DNA of 15,255 nucleotides. Origin: an uncultured bacterium. GTDB taxonomy: Bacteria; Chloroflexota; UBA5177; JANWHV01. Location of the stretch: assembly GCA_963827235.1 (NCBI GenBank), contig CAWHAE010000013.1, positions 1-15,255 of the forward strand, read 5' to 3'. How positions within the stretch are numbered: position 1 is the stretch's first letter; every line of letters starts with the position of its first letter. Below the pieces are notes generated by a model. It ran no database searches and was not told the origin of the DNA. It was given only the letters and a program-made list of their open reading frames with translations. The position numbers were made by a program, and so were the translations under genes. Below, piece by piece: positions 7,826 to 15,255 of the stretch.

Positions 7826-7859
7826 TGAGATTCGTATAATAAGAATTATACGAATCTCA
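7826..7859. other. loxP/dif-like tyrosine-recombinase site (perfect 13-8-13 palindrome)
   Basis: TGAGATTCGTATA-ATAAGAAT-TATACGAATCTCA. The inner 8 bp of each arm (TTCGTATA/TATACGAA) equal those of loxP. It can also be read as 11-6-11 GATTCGTATAA-TAAGAA-TTATACGAATC. Confidence 0.7.
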
Positions 7860-8178
7860 TTAGCGACATGTTCGTGATAGTTGCTTCTTTCGTCTGTAGC
7901 TGGGATAGGACGGCAAGACCGTCTTGCTCAGTGGTGCCAGCCCTCCAGCACGCCACGGTCGTCGCGTAGCCCGGCCGGGACAGCGACACTCGCGTGGCCC
8001 TCATGATCAACCGCGACCGTGACAGCAGTGGCCTGTTGCGCAGCCTCCATGCAACGGTCCGTCGCGAGAAGGACCGTACAAACGAGGTGTGAGCTCTGCG
8101 CCTCGAATCATTACTGTCGGCTCGAACGGGAGGGTTTCGGCAACAGAGCGCACCCGGTACCGCCGTTGACGCCCGTCA

Positions 8179-8213
8179 TTGACACTGCTGTAAGACAACG
8201 CTAGAATTGTCTT
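8179..8213 (+). promoter_or_regulatory. Leaderless sigma70-type promoter with operator-like palindrome
   Basis: TTGACA (8179-8184), 17 nt, TAGAAT (8202-8207), 6 nt, GTG (8214). Inverted repeat AAGACAA (8192-8198)-N8-TTGTCTT (8207-8213). Confidence 0.7.
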
Positions 8214-8307
8214 GTGGTCCCCCCCATGTGAAGCCGATACCGGACGCCTCCCGCCCGGCATACACGAAGCAACCTGGCGTGAGATCCTCGTACGCTACGG
8301 ATCGAAG
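8214..8307 (+). pseudogene. N-terminal remnant of a DUF6932-like protein
   Basis: PPCEADTGRLPPGIHEATWREILVRYG resembles the M-I-P-x-F-D...G.LPPGIH.ATW.EI..RFG N-terminus recalled for DUF6932. GTG 8214 is out of frame by one base in a C7 run (8219-8225). Similarity ends after ~30 codons. Confidence 0.55.
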
Positions 8308-8391
8308 TGTGTGTCACGTCGGTCCCTGCCGGTCTGCATGGGCCATTCGCGCTGCCCCCCGCCATATCTACATGCGGGCTACCCGGGCGCT

Positions 8392-9396
8392 TCAGTCACC
8401 ACGGCCGAAGTGCACCATATAGGCGTAGAGGCAGGCGAAGGAGCGGTGCGGCGCGAAGTGGGCGACGGAACTCTGGATTTCTGCCGCGGATAGTTTCTCA
8501 GGGTGCTCGACTTCCGGCGCCACGATCGGCCGCACCGCAGGATCGTCGAGGAAGATGTCGCCGTGCATAAGGCCTCGCAGTGCGACGTAGCCCGCGATCC
8601 AGGGACCGACGCCGTGGAGGTCGTCGAGCACTTGCACTGCCTCCGCTCCGGGAAGTCCGCGCAACCGCTCCCAGTCGTACACGTCCGCGTGCATCGTGAA
8701 TGCTCTGCCTATGGCCGGAAGATAGGAAGCCTTCTGCCGGCTGAACTGCAGCTTCAGCAGGTCGCCGGGCTCCAGCGCGGCGACCTGCTCGGCCGTTGGA
8801 TAGATCGCCAACTCGCGCTCGCCAATCTGCAGCGTCCGGCCGTATGTCCGAGCGAGCGATTCCTCGAGGCGCCTGGCCAGGGGAGTGTAGATGCGGCTGC
8901 TGATGATGGTGGAAAGCAAACAGGACCAGGGGTCGGCCAGTCCCGGCACGCGCATCGGCCAGCACCGCTTGACCAAATAGGCCCCCACGGGATGCTTCTC
9001 CAGAGTAACTCGTACCGCCTGTAGGTCCGTATCGAGTGCGAAGCGGCGGCCGACCAGCGCAGCAGCCCGGGCAAGCTCGTGCTCACCCGGTGGCGGCGTG
9101 CCATTGCACGATCGCAGCGTGAGTCTGAACGCCGGTGAGCCGTCCTCTGCGCGGTCCGGCTCGAGGCACATGAGCGACGCCGCACCGTCCAGCAGCACGG
9201 CTCGCTCCAGTCGATCGTTCTTCGGGGCGAGATGATCGAAGACGTCCGTTGCGCCGGTTTCTTTCAGCAGCCGGAGCGCTTCGAATGGATCGAAGGGCGA
9301 TCCGGGTACGAGGAGCGCGCTCGCCGACCGCGGCTCGTCGGCGTCACGCTGGATAATACGTAGCGGCGACGGCAGGTCCGGCATTCCGTCGTTCAC
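8392..9396 (-). CDS. alkA: DNA-3-methyladenine glycosylase II / HhH-GPD family (AlkA-like)
   Basis: GAGGAGGTG RBS before GTG 9396. DPWSCLLSTIIS, YPTAEQVA, FSRQKASYL, HhH motif LHGVGPWIAGYVALRG, DDPAVR, and C-terminal APHRSFACLY. Confidence 0.85.
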   Translation of the reverse strand: MNDGMPDLPSPLRIIQRDADEPRSASALLVPGSPFDPFEALRLLKETGATDVFDHLAPKNDRLERAVLLDGAASLMCLEPDRAEDGSPAFRLTLRSCNGTPPPGEHELARAAALVGRRFALDTDLQAVRVTLEKHPVGAYLVKRCWPMRVPGLADPWSCLLSTIISSRIYTPLARRLEESLARTYGRTLQIGERELAIYPTAEQVAALEPGDLLKLQFSRQKASYLPAIGRAFTMHADVYDWERLRGLPGAEAVQVLDDLHGVGPWIAGYVALRGLMHGDIFLDDPAVRPIVAPEVEHPEKLSAAEIQSSVAHFAPHRSFACLYAYMVHFGRGD

Positions 9397-9941
9397 GACA
9401 CTTCACCTCCTCTTGGCACCAGGAAGCGGCGACCCCGCCGGAAGCCCCCACCGGCCACAGCCACGGTCAGGCTCGCAACGGATCAGTCGGCGCCGAGCAT
9501 TGGCCGGCAGTGCCTGCCACGGCTCCAATGTATCCGGTTAGCGCGGGTCGCCGATTCGCGCGGCGCCGCGAGCAGGACAGCCGGTAGGAGCTGCCGGCAG
9601 CGAACAAGGTCCGGCGGCTCGCCCGAGCGACCACGGTCCAAGTCACCCGTCCAGAGTGTTGAAAAGGTCCACGGCCGAGCCTGCTTGATCCCTACGCGGA
9701 CGAGCTCCTCTCTCGCGGGGCTGTTATGGGAGAACACAAGAGAGGGGGAGAAAAAGGGTGTAGAATACAAGAGAGCACTCCCCCCTCCTCGTCGTGTCGT
9801 TGACACGGCGCCCACCCAACAAAACATATAACACGGCGACCATGACTGGCGACTATGGTGAATGCGGAGGCGAGTGACCACCCGGTTGGCGCCGCCGGAT
9901 GCTGGGACACTGCCTGACCGACGTTACTGGAGGGATTCGTC

Positions 9942-10586
9942 ATGACACATCTGCACACCCTGACTCGTTTCCTGGCCGTGGCTGGTTTGAGCGCTGTAAT
10001 GCTGACTGTACTGGCCGGGCCCGCAGCCAGCCAAGCAGCGCCCATTTATGTCCGGGCGCAGTCCTTTACCGTCGTCTCAGTATCCGCTTCGACGCCCAAC
10101 ACGCTGATCGTGCAGCGGAGCGTCACCAGCCCGGAGATCACCGTCGTCCTGAGCCCGACGGCGACGATCGTGCGCCGATTTGACGGCAAGTCGAATCTCA
10201 GCGAGATCAGCGCTGGCGACCATATCGTGGTCACCCCGGTCGCTCCGCCACTGCCGACCGCGGGGCCGGTCACGGCGACGGCGGCGATGAGCATAACCGC
10301 TGCAGCCGTCAAAGATGACAGCATCCAGGTCGGCTATTCCCAGATCAACGGCCGTGTCATCTTCGTGAATCAAGCGCTCACTCAGCTCCAGCTGATCGTG
10401 ACCGCCAACGAGGGCCGGTTCGCCGCCATCCCGGTTGGTGATCATGCTTTCATCGACGTCACGCCCACCACGCCTGCGGCCCTGATCGGCAAGCCAAGCG
10501 CCACGCCTGCCGATGTGCGGTCCACAGCACCTGAACGTCGGCTCCTTCGGGCGAGTACTTGGCCGCATTATCCAGGAGGTTCGTGA
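9942..10586 (+). CDS. Secreted hypothetical protein with repeated beta-rich (DUF5666-like) domains, probably 3'-truncated near 10520
   Basis: GGAGG RBS. Signal peptide MTHLHTLTRFLAVAGLSAVMLTVLAGPAASQA. Domain pattern ITVVLSPTATIVRRFDGKSNLSEISAGDHIVV...ITAAAVKDDSIQ. The second repeat breaks off after ATPADVR. Confidence 0.65.
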   Translation: MTHLHTLTRFLAVAGLSAVMLTVLAGPAASQAAPIYVRAQSFTVVSVSASTPNTLIVQRSVTSPEITVVLSPTATIVRRFDGKSNLSEISAGDHIVVTPVAPPLPTAGPVTATAAMSITAAAVKDDSIQVGYSQINGRVIFVNQALTQLQLIVTANEGRFAAIPVGDHAFIDVTPTTPAALIGKPSATPADVRSTAPERRLLRASTWPHYPGGS

Positions 10587-11475
10587 GTACCTGCTCTAGC
10601 CGCGATGCGCTCGCCAGCGCACACAAACCATCCGAACCGTGCGTATGCACCACCTGGCCGCGATAGCTGTCCGACACCATGCGTGCGGCGCGGTGCACGA
10701 CGGCAGCCACGACAACCCGCTCTGACTCGGATCTGACTTCTGTTCGCTGCAGCCGGCTTATCTGCAAGAGGTCCTCGACGAGCTTGGATTGCCGGTTGGC
10801 AGCCCGTACGATCGCGGCGACGTGCCGCCGTCGCCGCTCGTCGTCGAGCTCGTCCCACCGCCCATCGAGCAACTCGGCATAGCCCACGATGGCCGTCAGG
10901 GGCGTCCGCAGCTCGTGGCTCACGGACGAGACGAAGTCTTCGCGCAGCGCCGCGAGGTGCTCGGCCGCACTGGCTCGCTGCGCTCCCCAGGCCAGCGTCT
11001 CGCTGATCAGCACACACAGGGGTGCGACGTACACGATCGAGCTGGCGGTGACAGGCGACCAGTGGCCGGTCGCCACCAAGGGCAAGAGATAGGCAGGCAC
11101 GAAGAGTGGCAGGATGCGCAGCGACGCGCCACGGGGTTGCGTGATACCTGTCCAGCCGAAGACCAGGATGAAATAGATGGAGTAGCGATAAGGATCGCCA
11201 CCTTCGAAGCTGTTGTGCAGAGCGATCAAGATGAACGCCGGCACGACGGCAGCCAACGACAGCCAGCGAGGCCAGCGGTGCCATAGCGCGAGTATCACGC
11301 CCGTGAGCAGCGCCCCCACGCCGACAACCGCGACGGCCGCGTTGTTCGCTCCGCTCGGTGCCGGCAGGAGCGTGCTACCGAGCGTCGCGGTACCGCCGCA
11401 GACGTAGAGCAGCAATGCCAGCCTGACCGTCTCGGCCGACGAGAGGAGCCACTCTGCCTCGCCCCGCCGCGCCAT
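10459..11475 (-). pseudogene. Membrane sensor histidine kinase truncated within the HATPase domain (start uncertain)
   Basis: About five hydrophobic segments, H-box FVSSVSHELRTPLTAIVGY, N-box RLEQVLTNLLDNAAKYS. No G1/F/G2 boxes; similarity ends near 10520. Confidence 0.85.
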
Positions 11476-11874
11476 CCGCCTGCTCAGGCGTCTCTCGCTC
11501 GCCGGCAAGGGCAGGGACGGACCAGAACGCGGGCCGAGCAGGCTTTGCATGCCTCGACGCATGGCGTTACCAGGTCCCTGCCACACCGGCATGCGCCGTG
11601 CCTCGCGGCTCTCGGCCCGTCCATTTCGCGCCGGGAGAATCGGCAGGAGTCGATAGCGATCCATGCTCACCTGTACGTGCCTCGCGCCTTCGCGACGCCT
11701 CGCGCGCCATACCACCGGGTGTTCGTGCTGCCGGGCCAGGGCCTGCCAGAACTGAGTGTAGTGCATGCGAGCCTGGCTACTATAGGAAATCCGAGATGGC
11801 AGGGGGACTACTCGCCGCGTCTCTCGTGACGCGCCGATGAGTCGAGTGGTCCAGCCTTAGCGAGACCGCAGGCG

Positions 11875-12723
11875 TCACAGGCCGCGGTGACTCTGCCGGG
11901 CAGCGGTACGATCCACGAGCACCCGGCCCATCATAGTTGTCGGGATGGGCAACTCGAGCAAAGACAGCACCGTCGGTGCGACATCCAGTGAGGTCGCCTC
12001 CGGACCCGGGATCGCAGTGAGATCGCGCCCGAGCGCGTAGAAGCAGACCTCGCGCAGCTCAGGCGCGTCCAACCGTGTCCGCGGTGCCCATCCATACCGT
12101 GGTCAGCGGTCAGCAGCATCACTGTCGCAGGACTACGCCGCCACACATCCGCCACGAAGGAGTCCAGCAGCGGATCGAGCGCATGCACGCAGTCGTCGTA
12201 CGCGGGCGCATCGGCTCCCCAGTAGTCTCCAGCGAAATCGGTCGCCATGGGGTGCACGAGCAGCAGTTCGGGTGCCCACTGCTCCCAGAGGCGCCTAGCG
12301 TACGCGATCACCACCGCGTCCGGCTCGCCGTCGCGCTCGTAGAAGAACGCATGCTGAATGCCGCGCGGATGGTGCTCGACATGAGTGTCACGCATGGAAT
12401 CGAATGGCGTGTCGTTGAACAGCTCCGACCACCAGGAGTAGGCGCTGGCAGCAGTACACAGGCCGGCGCCGCGAGCAATGGACCAGATGCTGGGCAGCGT
12501 TGCGACGCTCCGATCTTCGTTGTCCCGCGTACCGTTGTGCGGCGACGGGACCCCGGTGCTGATCGTGTTGTAGCTAGGGCGAGAGACGGTCGGCATGAGC
12601 GTCGTCATCGGCAGGTAGACGCCGAGGCCCTCGGCCATCAGGTGGCGAGGTGTGTCCAGCAACTGTATGGCTCGGTCACGTCGCAGACCGTCGACAACTA
12701 TCAGTATCTACGGGGCGTCGCAT
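11875..12723 (-). pseudogene. Alkaline phosphatase / nucleotide pyrophosphatase-phosphodiesterase family protein with two frameshifts
   Basis: ATG 12723, then ILIVVDGLR after a shift near 12708. PTVSRPSYNTISTG, LLVHPMATDFAGD, LLTADHG. After a shift near 12072 it continues LREVCF...LDVAPTVLSLLELPIPTTMMGRVL. Confidence 0.8.
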
Positions 12724-13005
12724 GCACATCCGCCTCTCGAGAGCCGTGACTGCCGCCACGGTGGAGGCAGTGACTGCTCGCGACTCGTACAGGTACGATA
12801 CAGCGCGCCTTCGCGTCCGGCGAGTGCGGCACGCTCCGGTAGGTGGGGCACTACAGCCTCAGGGCCGATAATCGAATCCGGGTTCGTGCCGGTTGCGGGG
12901 CGTTGGCTTCTCACCATGAATGCCTCCGCTGTGGCTTCTCTGCGTCCGTGTCGCTCGATCCCTGCGATGCACTGAACTCGCTGGAGTGCGCTGCTCCCGG
13001 TTCTC

Positions 13006-13727
13006 TCTCCTCGCAGCCGGGCCGGCTTGGACGTCGTCTCCCCCTCGGGTGTGACCAGCACCGCATTGCCAAAGGCCAGGTCCGCTGGGTCCATTGGCGG
13101 ACCCGCGAAGTAGATACCGCGCACCCGATCCGTCTCGCACTGTCGGTTCTCCGGATCGCCCAACGGATTGCTCAGCAGATTCCCGAAACTGTCGCAGCCG
13201 GCGTAGCCGGCCGGGTTCAGGAGTGTACCGACCGCTATGGCGGCGACCGGAACAGGTCCGGGATTGGCCAGACGCCAGCGGAACACGATGCAGGGCAAGC
13301 CGGAGTCCTCCGCGTCGAGTGGGACAAGCGGCGCGTACGTGAGCAAGTCGACCTCCAGAGGCACTCCGGAATCCCGCAGCTGCACCTCGGCGACCGGATA
13401 ACGCCCGCGAAAGCGGCATCCGGCAAAGCGCGGCAAACCACCCTGATTGTTGGGGTGAATTCCATGTGAGGCACTGTGCGGAGGAGGTACGCGACCTTCC
13501 AGCACGCGCGTTACGCACCAGGCCCTCTGCCTTCGCCCAGAGGGCAAAGAACGAGTAGGGCAGCGCCAAGCCCTTCCTCGGCACGTTCCAGATCTCGAAG
13601 TCTCGCAGGTCCCCGCGTGCTCCGAGAGAATGGTGCCTGTTCCAATACCCCCGAGCGGGAAAGCGACTTCAGTTGCCTCCGAACTTAGCCACGGCGCCGC
13701 TTCCCGTGATTCTGTCACGCTCTTCAT
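13006..13727 (-). pseudogene. GH116 (non-lysosomal glucosylceramidase-like) N-terminal fragment, frameshifted and truncated
   Basis: ATG 13727. AFPLGGIGTGTI, (shift ~13629) SLGARGDLRDFEIWN...FFALW, (shift ~13520) TRVLEG...GLPRF...FRGRYPVA...PLVPLDAEDSGLP. Similarity stops at KPARLRG; the catalytic C-terminal domain is absent. Confidence 0.8.
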
Positions 13728-13883
13728 AACTCCGTCGCCCCTTTTCGGTATTCGGACGCAGCGCAGTCGTCCTGGAAAGCCCACGCGTTCGCTCCGAGCC
13801 CCGCCTGCCAGGGAAGATGTTGGGCGATGCTGCATGCACCGGCTGGACACAGTCAGCTGCGATAGCACGCGCCTTCCTCCAGC

Positions 13884-14575
13884 ATGGCCACGTAGTTCTG
13901 GATTGGGAATGGCCGGCACCCCTGGGTCCGGCTCCATGAAGCCGGCGGAGACAAAGCGCCTGCAGCCGATCGGCTGCTGATGGACGTCCGTCAGCAACTC
14001 AAAGCAACCCGACTGCACGGTCATGTTCCCGCTGCGACCGGTGCGAGCGGTGCCGGCTGGGATCTGCTCCAAACATTGCCATTGCCCAACGGAGTCCGGG
14101 GACCGAGACTCCGGCCCGAGTATCTCGCGCAGGAGTTCGCGGTGCGCGCTGCAAGAGTCCTGGAGCGCCAACAGGAACGAGGGGAGCGAGTCGACTTTTC
14201 CGCGGCGGACTGGGCAGTCATCGGCACCATGCTGCAGCGCTACCCATGGCTGTACGCGTCCATCTGGCGCGAGCCATGCGCGAGGGCAGCCCCAGGATCG
14301 AAGAGCGCCACCGCGACCACGTCGCCGACTACATCGGCCGGACCGTCGTCAAACGGTTAGGGCCGCGCAACAACGTGACGGCCCTGCGGACGCCAAGCAC
14401 GAGCAGACGATTTCTCAGCGCACTAATGGCGATGGAAGCAGGAAAAGGCGTTCAGATGACCGAGCAGGATGTTCCGTGGTGGCAGCGCGAGCTCAACGCG
14501 CGCTTCGCGCGCCGAGCCGCACGCCGAGCTTGGCGCTATGCAGAATACTTATCCGGACTGTCACAGGTTTGGTAG
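13884..14575 (+). pseudogene. Broken hypothetical protein, possibly the cytoplasmic N-terminus of the downstream surface protein
   Basis: Protein-like stretches in two frames (…ADRLLMDVRQQLK…WLYASIW / AMREGSPRIEERHRDHVADYIG…RELNARFARRAARRAWR) can be joined by one base near 14265. ATG 13884 is followed by an in-frame TAG at 13893. No family recognised. Confidence 0.3.
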
Positions 14576-15255
14576 TGGCCACATTGGCGCTACTGATGCT
14601 TGTTCTGCTGGCTCAGACTCCCCGTGACCGAGAACCTTGTCGAAGTGCCGGTGCCTTGGCGGACGTAGTGCCATCCCCTACGCGAGTGAACATCAGTTCG
14701 GTCGCGCAAACCAAGGTTCGCAGAGCCGTCGTGACCATCGCGGGTGTGTCAGCCGGTCCAAACTCGCGAAAATCCGGTTCGGAAATGCAGGTCACAGTGA
14801 CCGATCGAAGCGGGAGCGCTTCCGGGCGTCACGGTGTGGGTGACGGTGTCAGGCTCGACATCCTATACAGAAGAGACAACGAGCGACACACGAGGCGTTG
14901 CGACCTTCCTGCTTCGCAGTGAACAGGGCCAATACACGATCCACATTACCGCCATGCTTGGCGGTAACGCCATAGCAAGCAGTACGGTCCAGATGGGCGC
15001 GGAGAGTCCGGCGGTCACGACGTCTTATGTAACCGGACGCTTCTATCCGTCCGACAATGCGTGCACGTTCAACGTGCCGAGCACGGGGATCGCCCACCCC
15101 ACTTTCACGGTAACCAACTTTGCCACGCTGAACTTCGGTGGGCCACCATTCGCCGCCTTCAGCCCAACACCGGGGCAGCCTGACGTCCCGGCTCGCAGCG
15201 CTATCTACGTCGCTGGGCTTGGCGCCCTCACCCACTTCAATGCAGTCCTCACCGG
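14536..15255 (+). pseudogene. Membrane-anchored or secreted protein with a Big_1-type Ig-like domain, frameshifted near 14818, running off the window
   Basis: Hydrophobic helix ILIRTVTGLVVATLALLMLVLLA, then MQVTVTDRSGS / LPGVTVWVTVSG...TTSDTRGVATFLLRSEQGQYTIHITA. The second frame is open from 14801 to the window end and is missing from the ORF track. Confidence 0.6.

Noticed and set aside
9795-9805. TGTCGTTGACA as the IS21 right terminal repeat (inverse of ACGACA at 1-6 plus a TGACA end)
   Set aside because: The internal ACCGGCAA repeats are absent, only 6 bases can be compared within the window, and it lies over 3 kb from istB.
12749-12771. Imperfect palindrome ACTGCC-G-CCAC-G-GTGG-A-GGCAGT upstream of the phosphatase gene
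   Set aside because: GC-rich, single copy and without a U-tract. It cannot be distinguished from chance.
14690-14922. HtrA/PDZ-like remnant (KVRRAVVTI, GDGVRLDILYRR)
   Set aside because: No protease motifs. The shifted frame gives a much better continuous Big_1-like domain.
14849-15235. Minus-strand 128-aa ORF with faint resemblance to an IS66 C-terminus
   Set aside because: Antisense to the more convincing plus-strand Ig-like frame, and it lacks the NNxAER motif.
1-15255. CRISPR arrays, tRNA or rRNA genes
   Set aside because: No regularly spaced repeat-spacer units or recognisable structural RNA signatures seen by eye.

Overview
High-GC accessory region with nested mobile elements followed by many broken genes. 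The window opens inside the left end of an IS21-family element (istA, istB). istB is cut in its conserved S-L-M-I-T-S-N motif by a ~3.94 kb element (2202-6143). This element encodes only two overlapping tyrosine recombinases (Tn554 TnpA/TnpB- or RIT-like) plus a ~0.5 kb structured non-coding tail. Its two ends rejoin into an 11-6-11 dif-like core site (ATTCCACATAA-TATAAG-TTACGTGGAAT), and removing it restores an open istB frame. Downstream is a leaderless higBA-type toxin-antitoxin operon with a palindromic operator, then an orphan perfect 34-bp loxP/dif-like palindrome (7826-7859), and a divergent leaderless DUF6932-like remnant. These are followed by an intact AlkA-type DNA glycosylase, a secreted protein and a sensor kinase truncated tail-to-tail, frameshifted alkaline-phosphatase-family and GH116 genes, and a frameshifted Ig-like surface protein running off the right edge. 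All family assignments come from recognising motifs by eye; no database searches were run.
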